From Candidatus Dormibacteria bacterium (GTDB taxonomy: Bacteria; Chloroflexota; Dormibacteria; Aeolococcales; Aeolococcaceae), in the NCBI GenBank assembly GCA_044450385.1, contig JBIOIZ010000003.1, forward strand, positions 10,049 through 74,048: DNA of 64,000 bases. Reading direction: 5' to 3'. The notes under the pieces were generated by a model. It saw only the letters and a list, made by a program, of their open reading frames with translations, did not search any database and was not told the DNA's origin. A program made the translations under genes and the position numbers. The number at the start of each line of letters is the position of its first letter. Positions within the stretch are counted from its first letter, which is position 1. Positions 36,683-45,801 of the stretch are shown piece after piece.

Positions 36683-37078
36683 TCAGTCCTCGGGGTCGCG
36701 CTGAGTTCGCTTGTCCGCACTGATGTACAGCAGACCGCCGAAGAGCCCCGCATTCTTCAAGAAGTGCACGAGGCTGGCGCGTCGCTCGTCGGGCTTTTCG
36801 GACTTCCAGAAGGGATGGCCGATGATCGTGCTGGGGATCAGCGTCAGCGCGAGCACGCGAGCGGACGTCTTTGGCATGAAACCCAGCGCAAGCGTCGTCC
36901 CGGCGACCAGCATCGCGGCGCCCTGCACCTTGGCGATCATCGGCTCGTTGGGCACCATCGGCAGCGCATCCGCTGCGATCTTCGCGTAGCGCTCCGAATT
37001 GTTGAGCATCCCGTAGCCGGAGTAGACAAAGATCCCAGAAAGCAGGAAGCGGCCGGCGGTTCTGATCAGCGTTCGCAT
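36683..37078 (-). CDS. DoxX family membrane protein
   Basis: 131 aa from ATG 37078. RFLLSGIFVYSGYGML..., 4 TM helices, DoxX pattern. Confidence 0.75.
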   Translation of the reverse strand: MRTLIRTAGRFLLSGIFVYSGYGMLNNSERYAKIAADALPMVPNEPMIAKVQGAAMLVAGTTLALGFMPKTSARVLALTLIPSTIIGHPFWKSEKPDERRASLVHFLKNAGLFGGLLYISADKRTQRDPED

Positions 37079-37173
37079 GGTGCATGACTCTAGGTCAGAT
37101 GTACCAGGACGCCGATCCGGCGCCACTGGGATCAGAATAGCCCTCCTTGTGTCCACGTCCAGGGAGTGTGCTC

Positions 37174-37386
37174 ATGGCTGAGAGCGTCTACCGCGTCACC
37201 GAGCTGGTCGGAACCAGCGCCGAGTCATGGGAGAAGGCAGCCCAGCTCGCCATCGAGACTGCGTCCTCGTCGCTCCGCGACCTGCGCATCGCCGAGGTGG
37301 TCAAGCTCGACCTGACCGTCGAGAACGGCAAGGTCGCGCGCTTTCGCACGCGCCTCAACGTCTCGTTCAAGTACGAGAACGAGTAG
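37174..37386 (+). CDS. dodecin family flavin-binding protein
   Basis: 70 aa. SVYRVTELVGTSAESWEKAAQLAIETASSSLRDLRIAEVVKLD...LNVSFKYE is the canonical dodecin sequence. AGGGAG RBS. Confidence 0.8.
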   Translation: MAESVYRVTELVGTSAESWEKAAQLAIETASSSLRDLRIAEVVKLDLTVENGKVARFRTRLNVSFKYENE

Positions 37387-37421
37387 CGGCCTCACGGGGT
37401 TTTTGCGGCATAGTTCGCGCG

Positions 37422-38294
37422 ATGTCCGTCAATCGCCAGCCGCGGATCGTGCCCTCGGCGTTCACGTCCCGGGGTCACCGTCTCGCCTACACCGAATTCG
37501 GCGAAGGCAAGCGCTGGGTGCTGCTCATGCCAGGGCTGCTCATCCCGGCGCTGATGCAGGAGCACCTCGCCAAGGCGCTGGCCGCGAGCGGGGCGCACGT
37601 GCTGACCCTCGACCCGCTCGGCCACGGCCAATCCGATCGCCCCAACGACATGGCGGAGTATTCGATCGAATCCTTCGCGGGCGATGCCGTCGCGCTGCTT
37701 GACCATCTCGACATCGATGAAGCAGTGATCGGGGGAACGTCCCTGGGCGCGAACGTCACGCTCGAGATCGCGCATGCGGCACCCCAGCGAGTGCGGGGCA
37801 TGATCATCGAGATGCCGGTGCTCGAGAACGCGCTGGTTGCATCGGTCATCGCGTTCGGTCCCCTTCTCGTTGCGCTGCATTTCGGCGAGCGGCTGATGCG
37901 ACCGGTCGCGTCAGGCCTACGCCGGATCCCGCGGCGACTGATTCCGTTCTGGGGCAACGTGGCGCTCGACGTGGTTCGCCAGGACCCCGGACCGAGCGCC
38001 GCGCTGCTCCAGGGGCTGTTCTTCAGCCACATCGCTCCGTACAGCGCGCAGCGGCGCGAGCTGACCATGCCGTCGCTGGTCATCGGACATCACATCGATC
38101 CAGTCCATCCGTTCTCCGACGCCGGTGTGCTCACCGGCGAACTTCCCAACGCCCGGCTCGTCGAAGCGTCCCACATTCTCGAGTTGCGGCTCCGCCCGGA
38201 GCGCTTCACCGCGGAAATCGCGGGATTCATCGCCGAGTGCTGGTCGCCGCGCGCGGTCGCGAAGCCTCGCCGCCAGCGCCGCCGCACCGCCTGA
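37422..38294 (+). CDS. alpha/beta hydrolase fold protein
   Basis: HRLAYTEFGEGKRWVLLMPG, nucleophile elbow GGTSLGA, C-terminal His region. 290 aa. Confidence 0.85.
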   Translation: MSVNRQPRIVPSAFTSRGHRLAYTEFGEGKRWVLLMPGLLIPALMQEHLAKALAASGAHVLTLDPLGHGQSDRPNDMAEYSIESFAGDAVALLDHLDIDEAVIGGTSLGANVTLEIAHAAPQRVRGMIIEMPVLENALVASVIAFGPLLVALHFGERLMRPVASGLRRIPRRLIPFWGNVALDVVRQDPGPSAALLQGLFFSHIAPYSAQRRELTMPSLVIGHHIDPVHPFSDAGVLTGELPNARLVEASHILELRLRPERFTAEIAGFIAECWSPRAVAKPRRQRRRTA

Positions 38295-38313
38295 CGATAG
38301 GCTGGTGGCCGTG

Positions 38314-39321
38314 ATGTCCCAGACCGCTGCCCCACGCCCCCGTGTTCTGAGTGGCATCCAGCCGGATTTCGGCCTCCACCTCGGCAACTACCTCGGCGCC
38401 CTGCGCAACTGGGCCCGTGACCAGGACCGCTACGAGAACTATTTCTGCATCGTCGACCTGCACGCGCTCACACGCCACCCTGACCCGGAGCGCCTTCGGT
38501 CGCTGACCTTGGAATTGGCCGCGATGTACATCGCCTGCGGTCTCGACCCCGTGCGTTGCGAGATCTTCGTGCAGTCGCACGTCCCCGCCCACACGCAGCT
38601 GTGCTGGATCCTCGAGACGCTCACCCCGATGGGCTGGCTCGACAGGATGACGCAGTTCAAGGCACGGATCGAGGCTCAGGGTCGTGAGCGGGTCAATGCC
38701 GGGGTCTTCACGTACCCGGTGCTGCAGGCCGCGGACATCCTCCTGTACGACGCGGACTTCGTCCCCGTCGGTGAGGATCAGCGGCAGCACATCGAGTTGT
38801 GCCGCGACCTCGCGAACCGGCTGAACTCACAACGTGGGGGTATCGTGAAGGTACCTGAGGCGCTGATCAGCCAGGTTGGCGCCCGCGTCATGGGCCTCGA
38901 TACGCCTGAAGAGAAGATGAGCAAGAGCATTGCCATGGAGCGCGCCGGACACGCGGTCCTGCTCCTCGATCCCCCGGACGTCGTGCGCCGGAAGATCGCA
39001 CGGGCAACCACCGACACCGAGCCCGCGGTGCGCGGACCGGTCGGCCCGGGGGTTGGCAATCTGCTCGAGATCTACGCGGCGTTGAAGGACATGAGCACTC
39101 ACGCGGCGCTTGTGGAGTTCGAGGGCAAGAGCTACAGCGTGTTGAAGTCCGCAGTCGCCGATGCGATCGTCGACGCCCTGGCGCCGATTCAGGCTCGATA
39201 CGCGGAGCTTCGCGCGGACGAGGACGGGCTTCGCCGCACCCTCGCCGAGTCGGCCGCTCGCGTGCATCTCGTGGCGGACGCCACCCTCCAGCGCGTACAA
39301 CGGGCCGTCGGCCTGCGCTGA
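38314..39321 (+). CDS. trpS: tryptophan--tRNA ligase (bacterial type)
   Basis: VLSGIQPDFGLHLGNYLGA (HIGH-type), VPVGEDQRQHIEL, KMSKS. Confidence 0.95.
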   Translation: MSQTAAPRPRVLSGIQPDFGLHLGNYLGALRNWARDQDRYENYFCIVDLHALTRHPDPERLRSLTLELAAMYIACGLDPVRCEIFVQSHVPAHTQLCWILETLTPMGWLDRMTQFKARIEAQGRERVNAGVFTYPVLQAADILLYDADFVPVGEDQRQHIELCRDLANRLNSQRGGIVKVPEALISQVGARVMGLDTPEEKMSKSIAMERAGHAVLLLDPPDVVRRKIARATTDTEPAVRGPVGPGVGNLLEIYAALKDMSTHAALVEFEGKSYSVLKSAVADAIVDALAPIQARYAELRADEDGLRRTLAESAARVHLVADATLQRVQRAVGLR

Positions 39322-39324
39322 TCC

Positions 39325-40452
39325 CTAGGCGAGGGCCGCGTCGATCTCCTCGAGTGTCGCGTGCACCTCGGGCTTTGCGAAGTGGATGCGGGCGGGTTCG
39401 AGCAGATCGATGAGTCGCGCGGCGAGCCCGGACTTGGCGTCCATCGGGTGAAGCGACCCGTCCACATACGCGGCGATCACCTCGTCTGGAGTGTCGAACG
39501 TGATCCGGCCGCCGTTGGCCTCCGACCGTTCGACCACGAAGGGACCGCCGGCGATGGCGAAGACGAGCTTCTCGATCCAGTCGAGGATCGGGTTGAAGAT
39601 AACCTCGCCGGGCGGGCAGAACGCCTTCCTGACCTTGGCCCTGATCTCGTCAGGACTGTCATGAACAAACACCGCGGAGCCGGGATCGCTCTTGCTCATC
39701 TTCATCGCCGAGAAGACATCGCGCGCCGATTCCGGGGGCACCGGCCATACCGGGGGGCGGCGAAGGCCAAGCAGGAGCGGGTGATGGAGGGCGACCGGCT
39801 TGATCGGCTCGCCATCGACACCTGGAAGTGGGTGGATGCGCAGGTGCGTGGCGACGTCGCGCGCGATCACGTGCGCTTTTCGCTGGTCCATGCCCGCGTG
39901 GGCGATGTGCACACCGAGCGCGAAGATGTCCGCCGCCTGCATCGCCGGGTAGATGAGCTTGGCGAAGTCGACACTGTCGCCTTCCTGACGGCCGAGGATG
40001 CTGATGCTGCGTTGCATCCGTGCAAGCGTCGTGTTCTTGCTCACCTCGATCATCGTGGCCCAGTACTCGTCGTCGTTCCGATAGAGATCCGACGCAAGGA
40101 CGAATTCGACCGAATCCGGGTCGGCGTCGACACAGAGCAATGACGCGCGGAAAGCTTCGGTGAAGTAGCCGGTGGCGATACGGCGGATGAGGTCGCGGTC
40201 GCCGCCCAGCTTGTCGTTGATCCAGGTATGCCAATCGGCAAGGAGTACTGAGCAGTGCACGCCGGCGGCGGTGAGGTCGCGGACCTTCGCCATGCTCATC
40301 AGCCCGGTGCCGAGGTGCGTCTTGCCGGAGATCTCGAAGCCGATGTAGTGACGCAACTCGATGCCGGCGTCCATGAGGGGCGGCAACTCGTTTGCGCCGA
40401 TGACCTCGGCGGTGTTGCGCTCGATGAGCGCCATGCGTTCAGCGGTGGTCAC
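39325..40452 (-). CDS. tyrS: tyrosine--tRNA ligase, archaeal/eukaryal-type
   Basis: Colinear with my recollection of M. jannaschii TyrRS. IERNTAEVI, HYIGFEISGKTHLG (Tyr32 equivalent kept), LLADWHTWINDK, IYPAMQAADI (Gln/Asp tyrosine-binding pair kept), GMDQRKAHVIARD, KMSKS, DSPDEIRAKVRKAFCPPG, LHPMDAK. GTG start. Confidence 0.85.
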   Translation of the reverse strand: MTTAERMALIERNTAEVIGANELPPLMDAGIELRHYIGFEISGKTHLGTGLMSMAKVRDLTAAGVHCSVLLADWHTWINDKLGGDRDLIRRIATGYFTEAFRASLLCVDADPDSVEFVLASDLYRNDDEYWATMIEVSKNTTLARMQRSISILGRQEGDSVDFAKLIYPAMQAADIFALGVHIAHAGMDQRKAHVIARDVATHLRIHPLPGVDGEPIKPVALHHPLLLGLRRPPVWPVPPESARDVFSAMKMSKSDPGSAVFVHDSPDEIRAKVRKAFCPPGEVIFNPILDWIEKLVFAIAGGPFVVERSEANGGRITFDTPDEVIAAYVDGSLHPMDAKSGLAARLIDLLEPARIHFAKPEVHATLEEIDAALA

Positions 40453-40490
40453 GTCCGCTGAGTGTGCCAGACCGGTGTCAGGCGGTGAGG

Positions 40491-40829
40491 TCAGTCGTCG
40501 TGCGTGTCGTCGTATGCGACGCGGTGGGGCGCGACCTCGTCCAGGAGATCGGCCTCCCAGTCGAGCAGCGCGTCATGAAGACGCGCGGTGTTCCGTGCCT
40601 GCCACAGGGCAGGGGGAGCCGGGACCGGCAGGACCACCTCGAGCTCCGCGAGCTGGCGCCACATATCCGGTGGTACCTGGCGGTCGCGCTGCAGGTTGTG
40701 GTGCTCGACGGTGTCGAGGACGCGTTCGAGCCGCTGAATGTGTTCGATGCGCAGCCTGCGTCGGGCCTTGAGGTCTTCGGCGCGGGCCTTGGCCGCGTCC
40801 ATGTCGGTGATTGCGCTCTGGAAGCTCAT
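40491..40829 (-). CDS. hypothetical protein (112 aa, helical, acidic C-terminus)
   Basis: ATG-initiated ORF with protein-like composition. No family recognised. Confidence 0.4.
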   Translation of the reverse strand: MSFQSAITDMDAAKARAEDLKARRRLRIEHIQRLERVLDTVEHHNLQRDRQVPPDMWRQLAELEVVLPVPAPPALWQARNTARLHDALLDWEADLLDEVAPHRVAYDDTHDD

Positions 40830-40931
40830 CTCGATTGTCGTCTCACGTATGTACCTTCGCTGCTCAGGTTATCCAGCCTGTCATACAAGTAAACGGAGCA
40901 GGGTTACGTTCGGATTACGGGCTGAGGAGGG

Positions 40932-41639
40932 TTAAGGTTCCGGATTCGACATTTCGTCGATTGTTTCGCCCTCGATGTGGCGAGAACGCAGCGGCCCTTG
41001 CAGTATCGTCACGGCACCAGGACCGAACACCTCCCAGCTGCCGTCGCGCAGCACCGCGGCGGTTCGCTCGTCGATACCGATGACCTGGATCTCTTCGCCG
41101 AGGCCTTCCTGCGCCCATGGAATCCACGCGTCGCCGAGCATGTCGAAGTGGGGGAGGATCGCGCAGCCCGGGACGAGCCCGAGGGCGTCGACCGAGCGCT
41201 CGTCGACCTCACCGGGCCAGCTGGTCTGCACGAGACACCACTCGCACAGGGCCATGGCACCGGCGGACGACCCGGCGAGGGCCGCGCCAGACCGCCAGAC
41301 CGCGGCGATAGCCTTCCAGACAGGGCTTGCGCGGAGGACCTCGACGACCCATCCAGGATCGCCGCCCGCGATATAGACGAGTCCGGCGCCGGCGGCCGCC
41401 TCCGCAATCTCCGGCGAGCAGGCGTCGTTCTTGGTGCGGATGCGCAGTTCACGCACCTCGAGCCCCAAGCCGGCGAACCATCGCCGGGCGGACTCAACGG
41501 CTCCTGACGCAAAGTCCTGGGCAGCGGTCGCGACCACGTAGGCGGGCCGTCCGCCGCACGCGTCGCGAAGAATCTCGTCCTGACGTTCGTTGCCGGGGTT
41601 GAACTCGTCGCCGCCGACGAGAGCGAGTGGACCGTACAT
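40932..41639 (-). CDS. peptidase S51 / cyanophycinase-like (type 1 glutamine amidotransferase-like) protein
   Basis: LALVGGDEF..., IAGGDPGW, nucleophile context AGSSAGAMAL. 235 aa. Confidence 0.65.
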   Translation of the reverse strand: MYGPLALVGGDEFNPGNERQDEILRDACGGRPAYVVATAAQDFASGAVESARRWFAGLGLEVRELRIRTKNDACSPEIAEAAAGAGLVYIAGGDPGWVVEVLRASPVWKAIAAVWRSGAALAGSSAGAMALCEWCLVQTSWPGEVDERSVDALGLVPGCAILPHFDMLGDAWIPWAQEGLGEEIQVIGIDERTAAVLRDGSWEVFGPGAVTILQGPLRSRHIEGETIDEMSNPEP

Positions 41640-41709
41640 TGCCGACAGTCTCCGCCCTTTCGGGAAACGAGGCGCGTCCCATGCATCCCCCTACACTCTC
41701 AAGGCGCTA

Positions 41710-42462
41710 ATGATGGATCCGGAAAAATACGCCGCCGCGACAGTGGTGTCACGTCGCGACCCGGCACCGGACCTCTGGATCATCCGGATCCGTCCCGAAA
41801 TCGAGCTTCCCTACCGCCCCGGGCAGTACGTGACCCTCGGACTGCAGTCGAACGGCCGGGTGATCGAGCGGCCGTACTCGATCTGCTCGTCGCCACTCGA
41901 GGGTGAGATCGAGCTCTTCATCGAGCGGGTCCCGGAAGGAGAGCTCTCCGATCCGCTCTTTGCTCTCGGTGTCGGCAGCGAGGTCATCGTCCGGCGGCGG
42001 ACCAAGGGACTCTTCCTTCGCGAGGCACCCCTCCTCGACGAGCCTCACCTGTTCGTCGCCACGGTCACCGGGATCGCACCTTTCGTCAGCCTGTTGCGGA
42101 CTCTCGCCACACGCGCCCGTGCCGGTGAATGGACGCCGGTTCCGGTCGTCGCACTCCAGGGCGCGGCTCGCTCTGTCGAACTCGGGTATGCGGAGGAGCT
42201 CGTGGCGCTGGATCGAGAGTTCGCCTGGTTCACCTACGTCCCGACCGTGAGCAGGCCGTGGGAAGACCCCGAATGGACGGGTGAGCTCGGAAGGGTCGAG
42301 GACGTGATGCGCAAGTACGCCGACGCCGCGGGGATCCGGCCGGGAAATGGCGGTGTCTTCCTCTGCGGTCACCCCGGGATGATCGGTGGGGCGCGAGCGA
42401 TCATGCGCCGCGCAGGCTTCGACAACAAGGCCATCCGCGAAGAGCAGTACTGGCCGGATTGA
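41710..42462 (+). CDS. ferredoxin--NADP(+) reductase-like FAD/NAD(P)-binding oxidoreductase
   Basis: PGQYVTLGL, RPYSICS (RxYS FAD motif), ATVTGIAPFVS (NAD(P) motif), LCGHPGM. Confidence 0.8.
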   Translation: MMDPEKYAAATVVSRRDPAPDLWIIRIRPEIELPYRPGQYVTLGLQSNGRVIERPYSICSSPLEGEIELFIERVPEGELSDPLFALGVGSEVIVRRRTKGLFLREAPLLDEPHLFVATVTGIAPFVSLLRTLATRARAGEWTPVPVVALQGAARSVELGYAEELVALDREFAWFTYVPTVSRPWEDPEWTGELGRVEDVMRKYADAAGIRPGNGGVFLCGHPGMIGGARAIMRRAGFDNKAIREEQYWPD

Positions 42463-42833
42463 TGATCGCCGCGATCGACTGGGTGACCCTGCATCAGAAG
42501 TTCGGGTTCATCCTCGTCGTGGCCGCGGTGCTCGGAGCGCTCGTGGCGCTGATCTCACTGGTGACGCCGTTCGTGGGGTTCGTGCTCAAGATCTATCTGC
42601 GAGCGCTGCTGCTCGCCGTCGCGGTCCAGGTGATCCTCGGTGCAGCGCTCTATCTCATGGGCCATCGTCCTGTCCACGAGCTCCACTATCTGTATGGAGC
42701 CGGGATGGCGGTGACCCTTGGGGTCACCTTCGCGGTGAGCCGGCGAGCTCCGTGGCCACTCTCGAAGTTGCCCCTGGTCATCGGTGCCATCGTCTCCGTC
42801 GTCTTCGCGGTGCTTGCGCTCACCTCTGGATGA
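42462..42833 (+). CDS. small integral membrane protein of unknown function
   Basis: About 123 aa and 4 TM helices. Its start overlaps the reductase stop (TGATG). TTG 42459 is the ORF-track alternative. Confidence 0.5.
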   Translation: MIAAIDWVTLHQKFGFILVVAAVLGALVALISLVTPFVGFVLKIYLRALLLAVAVQVILGAALYLMGHRPVHELHYLYGAGMAVTLGVTFAVSRRAPWPLSKLPLVIGAIVSVVFAVLALTSG

Positions 42834-42848
42834 CCGAAACGTGCCTCC

Positions 42849-43619
42849 CTACTGAGGCGGCGCCACCAAAACGGGCCGAGCTCCGTCCAGGACGATCACG
42901 TGGAAACGAGACCGCATGCGGATCAGCCCCGCGAGCACCGGAGCCCCCAGGACGATGACTGCAAGCGCGTTGCCCATCGCGCGGAAGCTGTCATACAGGA
43001 GCGAGCTCGCCACGTAGAACCGACCGAACCGGGCGAGCGCGGCCGAAGGCGAGAGGCCCGGTTGCCATCCGAAGCCCGGGGCTCCCCTGTAATACGTGGT
43101 CCAGTCCCACACGTCAAGGAGCGCCCCATATGCGAACCCGGTCACCGCGCCGACGGCGGCGAGGATGACGATGTCCCGCCAGGTCACCGGGCCGGATCGG
43201 CGCAGGCCGGCCAGGCCCGCCACAACGCCCACCAGGCCGCAACCCATCATCTCGTAGGGAAGCCAGGGTCCGATCCCGCCGGTGGCCACCGCTGAAGCGA
43301 GCAGCGCCACCGATCCCGCGAGGAAGCCGTACGAGGGTCCGTAGACGTACCCCGCGGCCAGGATGAGAAAGAAGATGGGGCTGAAGCCGCCGAGCCCAGT
43401 GACGATCACGAGCCGCAGTGCGGCGTCGATGGCTGCAATCGCTGCCAGCAGGGCGAACCTCCGCGCGTCGAGGCGCCGCGTCGATGCCTCCACGAAGATC
43501 AGCACCGCGACGATACCGAGGCTCAGTGCCACCGATGTCGCCGCCGGTGGTGTGTCCGCTGCCACGAACGGCCACAGGAACAGAGCGAATCCGGCAACCG
43601 AGATCACGGCGACCCTCAT
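42849..43619 (-). CDS. ECF transporter substrate-specific (S) component, candidate cobalamin-specific
   Basis: 256 aa and about 6-7 TM helices. Last gene of the riboswitch-controlled ECF operon. ATGA overlap with the ATPase gene. Confidence 0.65.
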   Translation of the reverse strand: MRVAVISVAGFALFLWPFVAADTPPAATSVALSLGIVAVLIFVEASTRRLDARRFALLAAIAAIDAALRLVIVTGLGGFSPIFFLILAAGYVYGPSYGFLAGSVALLASAVATGGIGPWLPYEMMGCGLVGVVAGLAGLRRSGPVTWRDIVILAAVGAVTGFAYGALLDVWDWTTYYRGAPGFGWQPGLSPSAALARFGRFYVASSLLYDSFRAMGNALAVIVLGAPVLAGLIRMRSRFHVIVLDGARPVLVAPPQ

Positions 43620-44989
43620 GCGACAGCCACCGGACTGAGCTCACGCGCCACACCCGTGCCGACCGCGACGGTGCGATCCGCCACAGCGGCCGCCAGGTTC
43701 CTGTCGTGTGTGGCAATAACAAGCGAGCTGCCGGACGAGCGCAGGCGCTGCACGGCGCGGCAGAGGGTCTCGCGAGCCCTGCCGTCCATGCCGCGCGTGG
43801 GTTCGTCGAGGAGAGCGATGCGTGGTTCGCCGGCCAGGACGGCGGCGATCGCAGCGCGCTGACGTTCTCCGGTGCTCAGATCGCGAGGGTCGCGATCCGC
43901 GAGGCCGGCGAGGCCAAGTTCGCTGAGGAGCCGATCGGTGTCGCCGTTGGGTGGATCCCCGCGCACGGTCCACGCCACCTCAGACGCGATTGTCGCCCGG
44001 TGGAGGAGGGCCATCGGATTCTGGGGAAGGAATGCGACTCGCCCGGGCTCGCGATCCACCCTCCCGGAGAGCGGCGCGAGCAGCCCTGCGATGGTTCGCA
44101 GCAGCGTCGTCTTACCGCCGCCGTTGGGGCCGACAAGCGCCACCACCTCGCCGGCGTGGCCTTCGAGGTCGATCCCTTCGAGGATCGGCGTGCGCGCCGG
44201 CCCCGCCGCAACGTCGGTGAGCCTCCAGACGGGGCTCCACGGCGCGTGGCGCGAGGCGGCCGGCGCCGGTCGCTCGAGGATCTGTCGCGTACCTGCTATC
44301 GCTGCGTTCACCGCGTGGCCGCCCTCCATCGCGAGGAACCGTCTCGCCAGGAGACCCAACTGCTCGAGACGGTGCTCGGCGACCACCACCGCGATGCCGT
44401 CGCGGGCGAGCGTGGCCAGGATGGCGACCACCGACCGCGCGCCGTCATCGTCGAGCTGCGACAGGGGCTCATCGAGCACAAGAACGCGTGGCCGCATCGC
44501 CAGCACACCAGCAAGTGCGAGGCGCTGACGCTCACCGCCGGAGAGCGTGGCAACCGCACGGCCGCGCAGGTGGGCAATGCCGGTTCGCTCCAGAGCCTCG
44601 GCGACTCGCCCCGGCATCTCGGACAGCGATGTCGCGATGTTCTCGAGCCCGAACGCAACGTCTCGCTCGACCGTCGGATACACGGATTGCAACTCGGGAT
44701 CCTGGAAGACGAAGCCGACATCCCTGGCAAGCACACGCGTCGGCGTCGTGATCACGTCGTGACCGCAGACTTCCACCGTCCCGCCGACGGTGCCGCCATG
44801 GAAATGCGGCACCAGGCCGTTGAAGACGCGCATGAGCGACGACTTGCCGGAGCCCGAGTCTCCAGTGATCACCGTCAAACCGTCGGTGACCTGAAGATCG
44901 GCGATGTCGAGTGCGTCGCGCCGTCCATTGGGATATCGATAGGTGAAGCCGCTGAACGAAGCGATCGGCCTCGACGTCATCGTCGCCAT
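43616..44989 (-). CDS. ECF transporter fused tandem ATPase (A-A' components)
   Basis: Two ABC cassettes: GDSGSGKSS / LSGGERQR / LVLDEP and GPNGGGKTT / LSTGERQR / ALLDEP. Start at ATG 44989; the 697-aa track ORF is over-extended. Confidence 0.9.
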   Translation of the reverse strand: MATMTSRPIASFSGFTYRYPNGRRDALDIADLQVTDGLTVITGDSGSGKSSLMRVFNGLVPHFHGGTVGGTVEVCGHDVITTPTRVLARDVGFVFQDPELQSVYPTVERDVAFGLENIATSLSEMPGRVAEALERTGIAHLRGRAVATLSGGERQRLALAGVLAMRPRVLVLDEPLSQLDDDGARSVVAILATLARDGIAVVVAEHRLEQLGLLARRFLAMEGGHAVNAAIAGTRQILERPAPAASRHAPWSPVWRLTDVAAGPARTPILEGIDLEGHAGEVVALVGPNGGGKTTLLRTIAGLLAPLSGRVDREPGRVAFLPQNPMALLHRATIASEVAWTVRGDPPNGDTDRLLSELGLAGLADRDPRDLSTGERQRAAIAAVLAGEPRIALLDEPTRGMDGRARETLCRAVQRLRSSGSSLVIATHDRNLAAAVADRTVAVGTGVARELSPVAVA

Positions 44990-45801
44990 ACCAGCGCGGG
45001 GACGGCGAGGGCAAGACAGCAGGCCACACCGATGACGTTGATCGGCGGCGGTGCGACGTTGGGGAACGGGTACCAGTCGTTGACGACACCGGCGAAACGC
45101 AACGCCACAAACGTGAGCGCAGCCAGAGCAGCGAGCACGCAGACCGCGATATCCCCTCGGGTCCAGGCAGTTTCGCCGTAATGGGTCCGCGCACCCGACC
45201 CGTATCCGCGCGCCTCCATCGCCTCGGCGAGCGTGATGGAACCCTCGAGCGCGGTGAGCACGACCGGCACGGCGAGATCCGGCCATTCGCGCACACGCCG
45301 GGGACGCCACCCGCGCATTCGCTGTGCGTCGCGGATCTCGGTCGCGCTGCGTGCGATTCCGGGGATGAGATTGAGCGCTGTGCCGATTGCGGCGCCGGTG
45401 CGCGCCAGCGCGCTCGGGAGGGCGTCGACCAGCGAATTCGGCATCACCACAAGGGAAAGCGGCGCGGCTGCGAGGACAGCCGCAGCGATCCCAATACCCG
45501 TTGACGCTCCGAAGACCACCGCCTCGATCGTCAGTGGTCCGCCGACCACCGGTATGCCGGCCGGCAGCGCGAGGAATGCATGTGCGCCGGTGTGGCTCGC
45601 GAGAGTCGTGACCACGATGGCGATCACCGCGGCGATCACCAGCGCGATCGCGAGACCACGCAGCGAGACCTCGGGTCGCCTCAGGGCGACGACAACGTTG
45701 AGCGCGCACAGCAGCACCAGCCCCCGATACACAGGGTTGCCTGACGCTAGTGCGATGGTGATGCCCGAGACCGACCAGGCCGCGAGCGCGCGAGGGTTCA
45801 C
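44977..45801 (-). CDS. ECF transporter transmembrane (T) component, CbiQ family
   Basis: GTG 45801 overlaps the upstream stop (GTGA). CbiQ-like features: AEAMEARGYG near the C-terminus and IRDAQRMRG. About 5 TM helices. Confidence 0.8.
   Translation of the reverse strand: MNPRALAAWSVSGITIALASGNPVYRGLVLLCALNVVVALRRPEVSLRGLAIALVIAAVIAIVVTTLASHTGAHAFLALPAGIPVVGGPLTIEAVVFGASTGIGIAAAVLAAAPLSLVVMPNSLVDALPSALARTGAAIGTALNLIPGIARSATEIRDAQRMRGWRPRRVREWPDLAVPVVLTALEGSITLAEAMEARGYGSGARTHYGETAWTRGDIAVCVLAALAALTFVALRFAGVVNDWYPFPNVAPPPINVIGVACCLALAVPALVWRR

Noticed and set aside
43616-45709. 5'-extended versions of real genes in the ORF track. Examples are the 697-aa ECF ATPase, the 1004-aa PepN, the 469-aa SDR, the 513-aa surface protein and the 515-aa GT4.
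   Set aside because: The N-terminal extensions are Arg/Pro/Ala-rich noise and overlap upstream genes or the riboswitch. Internal starts give canonical N-termini, RBSs or 4-nt coupling overlaps.
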